The notes under the pieces were generated by a model. The model saw only the letters and a program-made list of their open reading frames with translations. It was not told the origin of the DNA and did no database searches. DNA of 64,000 bases from Camelus dromedarius. Lineage: Eukaryota. Made by a program: the position numbers and the translations under genes. The stretch lies in contig NC_087437.1 in assembly GCF_036321535.1 (NCBI RefSeq), forward strand, positions 25,484,001-25,548,000, in the 5' to 3' direction. Shown here piece after piece: positions 26,758 to 39,047 of this stretch. The first letter of the stretch is position 1; the number at the start of each line of letters is the position of its first letter.

Positions 26758-29700
26758 TAGAGCTCCTCTCCAGATCCCACTGGTCACAATTCAGCTTTTT
26801 TCTCTCTCTCTTTTTTTTTAATTACCAGAATTCTTAGCTTCTATCAACTCTTTTATGCCCAACTCAATTTATGCCCAATGCTAAAGATTTTAAAACATAC
26901 ATTCTTGAAAAATTCACAGGTCTTTTACTCAGTGTTCCCTGCCTTTTATTTCCTTTAAATAAAATATTTTCCATTTCACAAGTCTAAGCAAATATAATGA
27001 GCAATTTGTGACAAAAGGGTGACAATTCAGAGACAGAGTATATGCATTTTACATGCTGACTACAAAAAAGATGGAAATTTCGGTTGAGCTCTTTATCTGC
27101 CACTTACCATTCTGAGAATAATGGCTGATAATGACAGAAATCACACTGGCTAATAGCACTATTAACATCTTCCATGTTAGCTCACACTCTTGCTATATAT
27201 GAGCTCCTTTTGTAAGTTTTTAAAGTTCTATCTGGGAAAAAAATAAGAAACATGACAATTTGGGGAATATAATTCATAAGCTGGGAACATTCAGCAGCTT
27301 GCAAGATGTCCTCCATCTTCAGTGTTCTATTGTTAAAACCAGAAAATCTTGACTTGATCTTCAAATCATAATTTTGCTTTTCACAATCTTTGAAACTTAT
27401 CTATAAAAAATCTCTTACAGATCCAGGTGGTCATTAGGTGGTACAGTAATCATTAGATGTATTTATCTTTTTGAACCAATGTGAGGCCAAGACACAGTGT
27501 GACAGTGATGCATGTTCCTTTCCAGAGACTGCAATTTCAGATTTCCTGGGCATGATTAGTCTAGTATTGACATAAATACATATGAATTTTTATTAAAGAT
27601 ACAAACTATCATGAACAAAATGTCCTAAGTGAAAGGTTGTGGGTTTTGTTTGTTTGTTCTGTGTTATTTTGTTTTGGTGAATTTAAAAGAACACAGTTTA
27701 TACAAAGAACACCAACTGGAAAATCCACAATTAGTTATGTAGCTCTTTTCCCTAATTTCCCTTGCACAATTTATTTTGGCCAGTTTCTGTTTCTTATGAT
27801 GAATCAAAGGTCTTTGCAGAAAACAAACAAACAAACAAAAAAACAACTAGGTCTTTTGAGGCAAGATGATTACAACCGAAAAGAATGGATTCATTTCTTG
27901 AAGATGGAAGAAGTTAAAAACAATCATCATAGCTTCACTAGAAAAGGATTTTTCTGCCTAAAATATATAGCATAGTTGCTTTCTGTAATTGTGGACACAA
28001 ATACTCCATTTGCAGCAATGTTTCTCAACTTACTGTTTATAAACCAGCCTCAATTTAAATCAACATAGTAAGTTCCAACAGCACATTTATAACTTGATGA
28101 CTGGGAGCTCAGAACATATTTACTACAGATGAAATATTACGAATATTGTTTAGGCAGCTAGGCAAAACCATAAAATGTATTTCATACTTTCCATCATTCT
28201 GACATGTGTTTATAAGTACCAACTGGGCACAACCTAAGAAACTGGGGGTGCTAATATAATCAATAAAGCCCATCTCCCCAAGAAGCTCAGGGTTTATACC
28301 AGGGATGTATATCCAGGTTTTTCAACACTGATCTGTATGAACACACCCCCTAACAAAAAAGAAATTCTAGGCAAACAATGACCTAAAGAAAATAAGTCTT
28401 TAAAAGTACACAGTCAAGCCTATTGGTTTATCTTCTATTACTACAGAAACTGAACTGCGTTCACTTGCATGACACCACGCAGCAGCGAAACAAGCAGGCA
28501 GATTTTCCAGTCCTGCTGGTGCTCTGGAGTGTGTGTTGTCTGGGTTACTGGAGCAAGCTGAAGCTCCAGACTGCTGGGCGCACACAGGAGTCAGGGGACA
28601 GGTGGACAGGAAGGGCTATAGCTAGGGTCACCTCTCCTGGCAATCCTAGAGTTACAGGGTGGGTGGCTGAGTTTTACGCAGTGAAGGCATGCATTCCTGA
28701 AAGCCCCCCATAATTCAAAACTGGCTGTATTCAAGATGAACTTTCCCAATGGAATAAATCCTGGCCTGAATAAAGCTACAATCTTTAGAATGTAATTTTG
28801 CTTAATGCTGCTGTTTTAACTTTTCTCAATATTATGGCAGAAATTTTGCAGAGTGCCCTCTCCTAAATTAGTGTGGCGGTGGTCTCCTGACATCTAACTT
28901 TAGTGCCAGAGTTACTGGCACTCAGGGGAGTTGTCCAGTGCTAGCTCCACCTCCATTACTTGAGGATTGCTCATGAAGCCATTAGAGGATATTTCCTAAG
29001 ATTTCAAAATATAAAAACCACAAAGGTTAAAAGAAGAGTAAAACAGTAACACAGACCCCTCCCCCAAGATGTGCCAGTCTCTGTAAGACTGTGACATGGC
29101 TAGCCGTCGTATCTGTTGACCAGCTATAGAGATAGCCTAATTTGCCACTTACTGGGCCGTCAGCATTGACACTATACAAGTCTTGATTTTGCTGGTTTTG
29201 TCTTTGTTTTTAATTTGGAAGGATAGAGGGAAACTCTCTGCATCTTGATTTCCAGAATCAGTGCAAACATGCAAGCAGGACCTCAGGTTCCTCCTGAACT
29301 TTCGGGTCGTAAGAAAGAGATGTGAGAAAAGTTACCACAGAGATGTCACTTATTTCCAATTTGATGTAACAGTAAGATTCCAATAATATTTTAAGTCATA
29401 TTTCAAATGATCATAATTCAAATTTATATAAAATATTAATTCCAGGAGTCACCACAGAACAAGTACCCTTTTCTTACTCTGCATGATTTGGCCTGTGACA
29501 ATGGAGGTTACACCTTGGACTTCAAAGGGACAAGGGAGTTGGTTTCAAAAGAGGAAGAGGATGAAGTGATAGCAAGGATCAGGGAGAAGGAAAAGGTTTG
29601 TTCCCTAAAGCCTGCTGTGCTTCATCAAGGGTCCTCACCTAGGCCTCTGCTCGGTGAACTGAAGCTAAGGCCAGGGTCTCACTCCTCAGCCCAATGTGCC

Positions 29701-31419
29701 TGGGAAAACTGGGCCTGGGGAAGTTCACAGGAAAACGTGCAACAACGTGCAACAGGACGATGAGTTTTGCACCACCAGGTGCAGTCTTTAAGGGTAAAGG
29801 TTTAAGAGCCTCTTTATTCAGTCAACTTGGTTTTGTTTGGAGAGAGTCCAGTCTTCATATCAATACAACAAAAACACTGAAGAAAATGTATTTATAAAAA
29901 TGAGAGATATTTGAAAACGTGATTTTTAAAAAGAGATATCCCTAGGAAAGTACTGATTTGTGACCTAAACCTTTTCTTTGAGCCTTGACTGTGACTGGTC
30001 CTCTTTTGTGTATTGCCTTTTCTATTTTCAGTAAATCTTACATATTTATCATTTCGGTATTGCACTCTGTTTTTCTAAGCTTTATCATTTCTCTACTTTA
30101 AAAGTAAAAGAAAGTATATGTGGCTTTCTCTACATAATCCCAGTGACATTTAAAAAAAAAAAAACCTTTTATAATTCCCTCTATTTAAGCCCGATGCTCT
30201 TATTAGTGCCTCTTGGAATTGTTCAGGGGAGTTATTGCTATGAAAACCTAGGCAGAAACTTTATAGGCTCTTCTACCAATATCCAGAGATTCTTTTTCTC
30301 CTAAATATTTTGGAGCATGTGGCTGCTGACAGCACATTCCTTTTGAATTTAGTGTCTAGGATCATTACCTTACATTTCTCTGCACTGAATTACAGATGCC
30401 ACTTATTGACACATGATCTTTCTCGCCAGCCAGCTTCCTCAGTTTTGTCACATCCTTTAACGCCTAGCATTCCCCATCATCATTTTACGTCATTTGTACA
30501 TATCATCACATCAATTCATGTTTCATTTTGCAAGTGGTTTGTTTATTCATATATTGTAACTGTCTTCACGTGAGGCTCTACAAGATGCTTTTATAAAGCA
30601 GAAATTAAAATTTTTTAAATCTTGTCAGTATTTTTTATTATAGTAAAAAAAATACATCAACATCTCCTGAAAGTGTCATTTTTTGGAGTCCGTGACTCTT
30701 TTAACATCTTTTAATGGTGAGAAGCATTTCTGGCAACTAAACTTCAGATTTTTGTCCATGACAAGCCTGCTTCAGGGAGCAACCACTGTATTTGGAACAC
30801 GGCATTTACCTAATTATATTTGGAATCCCAAGAAAACAAATTACATAAATCACTGTAACTTTTCTGTATAGAATTTTCTGGTAATAGTATTAGTTTTCAA
30901 TTTCTTCCTGTATTTTAAAGTAGTTCTAAATTATGACATTTTCCTGGTTAAAATCAAGCATAATGCTATAGTAATATTGATTTCTAAGACTTCTATCATC
31001 CTGACATTTTAAACCAGGTCACAAAAATTTTTCAATTACAACTTTTCCAATTTCTAAATTCCTTTGCTCTTATGTTCTTATTTTATTCTGTGATTACATT
31101 TCTAAGCTACATAATTAAAAGGCAACACTCGGAGGCCCTCGTTAGACTGTGGACTCCTAGAGGTAAGAGATTCCGTCTTATTTATCTTTGTAACTCTGGT
31201 ACCCTTTTGGAAAATAATCTCACTAGCAATATAAAACATCTTTATCAATTGATTCTGAAATGCATTGATTTTTTTCCCCAACAGTTTCAGTGCATTCTTA
31301 ATTTCCTATCAAATCCACTGTCATCATTATGTTTTCCTCATTCTGTTCTCCTGTTGCACTCTGTGTCGCACTCTCCACTGTAGAATCAAACATATTTTGC
31401 TATTTTAAATTAAAATGTA

Positions 31420-32260
31420 TTATACAATATATGTTCAAAGTAGAAAAATTAGAAAATACAAAATCAAAATGTCCTGAATTCCTCTCCCAGAGACAGATAG
31501 GATGATTACAGCGGATATAATGCAAGCCTTTTCCTTCTGCATACAAATGTAACAAATATATGTTATATGTATGCACAAAAATTGGGATCAGATTACATAT
31601 GCTACTTTGCAACATCTGGAGCATCTTTATAGGTCAATAAAGACACAGACATAGCAGCATTTTTTAGTAATGGCATTTGGTTCCACTGTAGATTTTCATA
31701 TAAGTTATTTGTTAAAATGTTGTATACTGGCAGCCCATGACTCAGGGCCCACAATTATTTTGGTTTTTCCTGCACATAATTTTAAAAATTGCAAAACAGT
31801 TCACGAAAAACGCCCATGGATTTCTAGTTTATTTTGATAATCAAAAATTCCGGCAAGCCTGAACCACACCCCCACGTAGCAACCATCCGCTAGAGCTGCC
31901 CTGCATGGTGTGCCACACTCCGGATTCGCCACTAATCCTTATAATCCTACACCCAGCCCGCTTCACTAATTTCAGTTACCTTTCACTTAGCTTATTATTT
32001 CTGATTAAATAATTCCCAATTTTGGAGGATTTTTCACTATTACAAAAGCCTTATGATGAATAACCATTTGTCTACATTCATCTTTGTACAATCTTTTGAT
32101 TTTTTTTTCCTTAGGCTGAGCTCCTAGTAGTGGCATAGCTGAACCAATGAATGTATTTAATTCTTAATCCTTCTCACCAAATTATTCTCCAAAAATTTTT
32201 TTACAGTTGGATATTCCTACCATCAGATCCTCCAAACATCTGTTTCGACCCACTAGCCCT
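31420..32260 (-). mobile_element. Decayed L1ME-type 3' region, interrupted by a DNA transposon
   Basis: aaaaattagaaaatac...aaaattgggatcag...tgcaacatctggagcatcttt; resumes with ttttcactattacaaa...ttccttaggctgagctcctagtagtgg. Confidence 0.5.
31722..31985. mobile_element. hAT-Charlie MER102-like element
   Basis: ggatttctagtt...ccggcaagcctgaaccacacccccacgtagcaaccatccgctagagctg...cccagcccgcttcactaatttcagttacc. Confidence 0.6.
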
Positions 32261-32516
32261 CCTCTCCTCTGCTCACATGGGCCACAGTATTCTACTTACA
32301 CTTTATTGATCTGGAAAGGATAAGTGAAATACGGACACTCAATGTCAGCAAGGGTGAAGCAGAGGTGGGTGGGCTATCCCACACTTGCGTAAATCAGTAT
32401 TTCTCTGGCAGATTGCCTACATGGTAAGCATTCACATATTTCTCCCCTATTAGATAATAATTTCTAAAACATTGTTAGACATGGAATTTTCAGCCTATTT
32501 TTTTCTTTCTCCTATA

Positions 32517-32918
32517 TTTTGTTTATTTATTATTATTTTTTTAATTGAAGTATAGTCAGTTACAATGTGTCAATTTCTGGTGTACAGCACAATGTCCCAG
32601 TCATGCAAATATACACATATATTCATTTTCATATTCCTTTTCATTAAAGGTTATTACAAGATATTGAATATAGTTCCCTGTGCTATACAGAAGAAATTTG
32701 GGGTTTTTTAATCAATTTTTATATATAATGGCTAACATTTGCAAATTTCAAATTCCCACATTTATCCCTTCCCACCCCCTTTTCCCCCATAACCATATGA
32801 TTTACTATGTCTGAGAGTCTGTTTCTGTTTTATAGATGAGTTCATAAATATTCTTTTTTTCTTTTTTTAGATTCCACGTATGAGTGATATCATACGGTAC
32901 TTTTCTTTCTCTCTCTGA
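32517..32918 (-). mobile_element. Young L1 3'UTR plus last ORF2 codons (camelid/artiodactyl type)
   Basis: ttttaattgaagtatagtcagttacaatgtg...gatattgaatatagttccctgtgctatacag...tagattccacgtatgagtgatatc; clearly related to 15785-16110. Confidence 0.92.
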
Positions 32919-33707
32919 AATGTATTAGGATTAATAAAATGAATTACTTTATATATTTTAATAATTCATTTGTATTAATCCTAATACAAAACTACAGTTT
33001 GCCACAGATTCCCTTTCTGCACTTCTGTTAATCTTCTTATGTAACTGAGGAAACTTAGAGAAGAAGGTTAAGCTAAGAATATTTTGCCTTTTAATCCTTT
33101 AGCTGAAACCATAAGGTGAGTTAACTTTATGTGAGAAATCCACTTTACATGTTATTGTCCTTTGAGGAAGGACTTACTAAGTGCATGGCTCGTGTGGATT
33201 TCTACACATCCTAGGCTATTAAAATAGCTCTGACAATACGAGAGAAAACAGTGAAAGAAAAGGGTTGTATTGTGTCAGATTCTGATTTATTTTCATACAA
33301 ATTATGGAAGCCCCATAGTTAAGCCCAGTCCTAAACTGTCACTTCCGGAGGGGCTGGGAACCGGAAGATTTCTTCTGTGTTTCACTCCACACGCCCTTCT
33401 CCAATACTCACCTTTAGACTTACAGATGATGTTCAATACATATTTGTTACATCCAATGACTTTCACAATGAGACAAATCAGTTCTTTTAAAAGAAAAAGC
33501 TTTCCTGATATTTTACTCAAGACTCCCCTTAATGACAATTAGGTCCATAATTGCTTATATTTCTAATCAATTCTGAATCTTATCACAAAAGAAAAGACTT
33601 TGGTTTCGAAATAAAAAAAGAAAGGGTGGGTGTGAGATAATGTTCTTTAGTTTTAAAAAGACTTTATTTACAGTTATCACTCAATATGTTCAAATAATTT
33701 CATCAGC

Positions 33708-33790
33708 TATATCTATATATATATACACATATATATTTTGCATATACACTTACACACACTACATATATATACATATATATATATATACAC
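33708..33790. repeat. (TA)n/(CA)n compound microsatellite
   Basis: tatatctatatatatatacacatatatat...acacacactacatatatatacatatatatatatatacac. Confidence 0.9.
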
Positions 33791-35409
33791 AATCACTTAA
33801 GTCATAGATAGAACTACAGTATATTCCTAGCTTTTACAGACATGACTATTTGTAAAAGCTTGTCAGAATTAAATAAGTAGCTCAAAAAATCACACATCTA
33901 TGAAATTCCTAAAGAAAAGAAACTCTCCAATGGCAAAATATATCTTTGGGGGAATACATTTCTCCTTCCCCTGTAGACTCTTGGAAGCCATGGCAACTGT
34001 CAAACCTGAAGTGAGACAATCCCTCGATTGGTGAGTATCTTTTCTACCACAGGAAGATGCTGATGTAAGACACTCACATCAGCATACACTGCAGCCTTAG
34101 CACCGATGAAAGACTTTTTTCCCCAAGAAATAATAGAAATAGAGATGAGGTAGGGTTACTTTATAAATCATATTTTGAATTGTGAATTTTTTCAGGTGAC
34201 TAAACCGAAGGGTAGAAGATGAGAAGCCATTTGCCATTTAATCCATTTCATTTAAAGGATCACTAGCTATATTTAATGACATCCAAAAATAATCTCTTCA
34301 GAAGCTGAAACACTAGGCTAGGAAGGCAAGCAGTGGAATCAGGAAGGTAGGAAGGTTATTCTAGTTTTATTTCATTTCCTTGAAGGGCAAAGGCAGCTTC
34401 TCATTCATAATAAGAAACTGACCCCAAAGTGACAGAAGGTGAAAAACTATTCCAGGCCTGTGGAAGCCGAGCTGACAATTGATATCCATCCACAATAGCA
34501 GCAAATTGTTTCCTTCTATAAACATTCAAGATAGAGCCTCTGCTTATTACGAAGCTAGAAACTGCAGTGATTATTAATTCATCTAGATAACGTGAGAGAG
34601 TTTTATGTAGCAAAGTATAAGCAGACCAGGTACTTGATTTTGTGCAATCAATTCTCAGTGGTTGTATAACATACACTTTTCAAAGGACCTGGGACTCACT
34701 GGGGACCTATTTCGTTGAACATTTCCAATACCCATCATAATTGGGCCTTTCTATTCAACAGCAGCTCAAGCCCATCAGCATCATCAAATGGCATACGAAC
34801 ATCAAGTTCTGAAACTTTTCCTTGTATTTTTGTATCTTAAACTCACATACTTGTATTCTTTTCTTTTGATTTCAAGTGAAAAAATACACACAGATAATAT
34901 GTGTCAAAAAGCTATCTTTGGTAATTAGGTAGCTATTGCCCAGTCGGGTGGTTTAGCAAGAGTTGGTATATAACATTTTTAAAACAATTCTTTACTGGGA
35001 TACAGCTGTCCTTGTTACAACACTGTATTCCCTATCGCCTTTTCTCCTTCCTAGAGCCCCTGTTTCTAACTAGTGAAATCTCCAGCTTACTCACGGGGAA
35101 CACATTCAGTCTTACTGAGGTGGTAGCTGAATCTCAGAATCAGCAGTTACCGGTGGGACACAGGATAGGGACATGGCTTGCCAAAGAGTGTCGTATCAGA
35201 ATCCCATAGTACTTCGTCAAGCTGCACATAGAGACACCCGTCACTGGAGATTTGGTATCACTTCCCCTGGCAAGTGGGAATGGAAGATAAATGCACTGAA
35301 AATCAGCCCCAGAATGAGCCACTGTTGTTGACTTATGAATAAGTGGTATTCTTTATGTACGTCTTTAAAGGAAAAGTTGAGAATTACTATTCTGAATTCC
35401 ACCCACCCA

Positions 35410-35490
35410 GAGGCACCATGCCTGGTATGTAGTAAGTGTTCGAGAAATATTGTTGAATAAATGAGTAAATCAATGCATGAATAAATGCAA
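35410..35490 (+). mobile_element. L2 3' terminus
   Basis: gcaccatgcctggtatgtagtaagtgttcgagaaatattgttgaataaatgagtaaat. Confidence 0.75.
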
Positions 35491-35919
35491 GATTTTCCTA
35501 TAACTCAAAACTTAAACATTTGATTTACACCCTAAAATTCTTGAAATCATGGTGGGACAGGTGATTTCACAATAAATGCTGCTCCTAAAAAAATTAATCT
35601 GAGACTTCCATCAGTGAATGAGTAAAATGAACATTAATTCTTTGATGTTTCAATTAAATTAGGACTTAATCATAGGTTATAATCTTGTTGTGGATCCACT
35701 GAAGGGAAGGTTGATTCAAAAGATTTACAAATATGACCCTTCAATGGATTGCCACTTGCTCTGGAAAAATTAGGGCCTTCGGGAAGGGTGGAAAGAACAA
35801 CTATGCTTCTACTATCCATGCACCGTCTACCAGCTACTACTTCTTGAGCTCTAGTTTCAGCCTTGAATTCAGCTGATCAGTGAGAAGTCAACATGGCTAA
35901 AGGGAAAAATTGTTCCCCA

Positions 35920-36380
35920 TGGCTGAGACAGTTAGCTGTCCACCGTACTTGGTGTTCACCTCTTCCATAATATAAGCTGATGTTAAGAAATGGCTGCCCA
36001 GCCAGAGACTACATTTTCTGGCTCTCCTTGCATCTAGGTAGAGCCAATGCGTCTAGTTCTTGCCAATGGGCTATCAACAGAAGTAAGAGCTAAAGTATTT
36101 GAAGAAGTAGATGTGCCTTCTCCTCCCTCCCTCTTTCCTCTTTGGCCAGCTGGGTACAAGAGACACAAAGTCTTAGGGGATGGCAGAACCACAGAATGAA
36201 AGGAGCGTGGATCCCTGAGTCACTGAACAGGCACAGAAGAAAGGTACTTCCAAGCAGGAATACGCTCACTGGCCCCTTAAATGAATAAGAAATAAATCTG
36301 TGTTCTGTAAAGCCACTGAAATTTGGAGATTTACTTATTACAGCAGCAAGGATTATAGTAATAAGTTTACTAATAAATAC
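35920..36380 (+). mobile_element. MaLR LTR (MLT1H/I/J-like)
   Basis: atggctgcccagccagagactacattttc...ttgcatctagg...atggcagaaccacagaatgaaaggagc...aataaatctgtgttctgtaaagccactgaaatttgg...ttacagcagc. Confidence 0.85.
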
Positions 36381-36449
36381 AGTCCCCTACCAATTGTACT
36401 TTATGCAATAACAACGTATGTGCAATTTCCCAGATGGAATATGAAGGTT

Positions 36450-36780
36450 CATGCTTCCATGTGTTTATAAGCTGATCCTTCTGCTTGCAATACCTGATTT
36501 TCTCTACATATTCTTTCTCCTTTCTGGCCCTTTATCCTTGATCAAACTTGTATTAATCCTTACAAACCCACTCCTAAGCTTCTGTGAAGCATTATTCTGT
36601 CAGTGGGCTCCATTCCTGCCATGTGCTTCTTCAGTTTGTACATAATTCCACTTTCGCACATGTCAGAATATTTTAGAACTCTCTGTTTATAAATATGTCA
36701 ACCTTACAACACACACATTTGTCATGTTTCTACATTCTAAAGCTCCTAGTAGACTGGTGCTACAGAAGAGACGATTTATG
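36450..36780 (+). mobile_element. Decayed L2
   Basis: gcttctgtgaagcattattctg...ctccattcctgccatgtgc...tctgtttataaatatgtc. Confidence 0.35.
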
Positions 36781-37149
36781 ACTATATACTGGGTTCCTAC
36801 CTAACTAGGACTTTGTTTATTTTAAATTAATCTGATCCATGGAGGATCAAAAACAAAAACTGTTAACCACTGGAAGACGGGACAGCAATGAAGGAAGGAA
36901 TCTTGGTGTGTGCTGCTAATTATTCACTAAATGAGTACCAGCAACACAAGCTTGCAAATAAGGAAACAAGAAAATCATGTGCAGTTCTACAGATTTCTAA
37001 ATTTGGCAGTTCAAGGGAGACATGATCCTAATATAGAGGCAAGGTCTGATTCCCTAGGTCAATAACAGTGTTTCAACAAGGCCTTTTATGGCATGCAGTA
37101 TTTGCATTTTAATATATGTAAATGGATGTTAATCGAAAAGATGCAATCC

Positions 37150-37250
37150 TGGCTTTTGCTGGAATTTTTGTGAGAATTAAATGAGGTAATACATGTAAAA
37201 GCACCTAGAATAGGACCTGAAACATAATGAGTATTCAATAAATGTTGGGT
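37150..37250 (+). mobile_element. MIR 3' part
   Basis: tgtgagaattaaatgaggtaatacatgtaaaagcacctagaatagg...ttcaataaatgtt. Confidence 0.8.
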
Positions 37251-38903
37251 AAATGTACCTACAGAATGATGCCAGTGACTAAAACAATAACTACATTATA
37301 AGCCAAATCCGTGTGGTTTTGTAACCTAAGTGGTGACCTGGGGTCTTCCTCCTCTCCATCCTTTAATGAGGAGGGATTGGAGGATGACCCACAGGAAAAG
37401 ACACACTGTGGATAACTATAAGACATTACGAGGTGAGAGAGCCTATTTACAAACTTTTCTGCAACCTTCATTTGGTGCAAATTTGAGACAAGTTGTTTTT
37501 CAATTTAGAAAGAGAATCTCTCATTGAATTTTTCTTTTCAAATTATATTTTATTCTAGTGACTAGTTTTACACTGGTCCCCATAAAATGTACATTATAAA
37601 AAAAAAGTCTCATTTGATAAGCCTATTACCTTATGTTCATGGCTGCCAGCTTTGTTCTATTGAATTCAGATTTGCCTGTGGCAGTGCTTCAGATCTAATT
37701 TGTGACTTTTACAAGGTGAAACTCGCATCATTTTCCTTTGCCTCTGCTTTCATTTATCTAAATGAAAACAGTTTCTCTTAATGCATAGGTTTGCTTGATA
37801 AGCCATTAATACCACAGATGGGCCCTGAAATGCTCATAAAAAAGCATCACAATAAATATTTACTGTTGTTTTACCCAGGCACACCAACATATCTTTAATA
37901 TGGCTGGCTACTTGGTTTCTCTTTTAATAGAGCTTATTTACTTGATTCCATTTTCTCAAATAATTGTTCCTCCTCTGAAGGTTACTTGAGGGGAAGGGGT
38001 GAGTAAAGGAGTGGAATGAATATTGAAATACGTGGGAGGGAGGCTAGTGGTACATTCAAATTGATTAGAAGAATGAAATGAAATGAGGGCCAAGTGTTTT
38101 GTGCTAAGTGGACAAACTTGTGTGGAATTCATCTAACTCAGAAAAATATGTGTTAAACACAGCATTTCATAAACACAACTTAGGGAAAAACAAACAGACT
38201 TCTTGGCTTACTAAATTTCACTGAGAATAATTCTCAGTGGGAAAAACAAATTATGGGGAAGCTAGCGGTGTTTTCTTTAACTTCTATATCTATTACGGTT
38301 GGTGCCCAGTGTGTTTTTAAATCAGATCCACATTCCAAATAACTTCTACCATGTCACAAGCAATATCTGCTCAAGTTTGAAAAAATCCTTAGAACTTATT
38401 TAAAATAATAAATTTTTTTAAACAACACAAAATGAATTCAAAATTTTAATATTTGTTGGCAGAACCCCATGAAGGGCACTTTACTAAGACATATAGTCCC
38501 TGAGGGTTCAGGGCTCATGGTTTGATCGAAAGAGTCAAAACACCAGGAACACAAAGAGGGGGAAGTTGGCCCAGTGTGGGTATCAGAGGGGCTTTCTTGG
38601 ATGAGATGGCCATTAAACTGGGCTTAAAGAATCTGAAAGTAGTGGGCAAAAAGGGGTTATCTCAGAAGGTAAAACATAAACCAAGTTTGCCAGGTAGGAC
38701 AGAGCAACATGTGTAAGAAGGACTACAACTATTTCTATATTCTAGAACATGTTTTGACTTCCTTCTCCTGATGGCATTTAAGGACACTGTTTCCAGAAAT
38801 TATATTTCTTTTACTACTAGCTTTCAAATTGGAAGTTTATTTAAACTACAGTATTTTTTAACTGCATACAATTTGGAGTATGAAAATATGGAAAACTCTT
38901 TCC

Positions 38904-39047
38904 TTTTTTAAATTTTTTTTTGTTTTTATTTATTTGGGGGGGTAATGAGGTTTGTTTGTTTGTTTATTTAGTGGAGGCACTGGGGGTTGAACCCAGGACC
39001 TCGTACATGTTAAGCGTGCACTCTATCACTGAGCTAAACGCTCCCCC
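38904..39047 (-). mobile_element. tRNA-derived SINE, camelid vic-1-like
   Basis: Reverse complement gggggagcgtttagctcagtgatagagtgcacgcttaacatgtacgaggtcctgggttcaacccccagtgcctcc...aaacctcattaccccc, with A and B boxes; TSD ggaaaactctttc (38890-38902) vs ggaaatctatttc (39048-39060), 11/13. Confidence 0.9.

Noticed and set aside
27182..27410. Minus-strand open frame (ISFKDCEKQNYDLKIKSRF...) after an AG
   Set aside because: No convincing donor, weak acceptor tract and no recognisable homology
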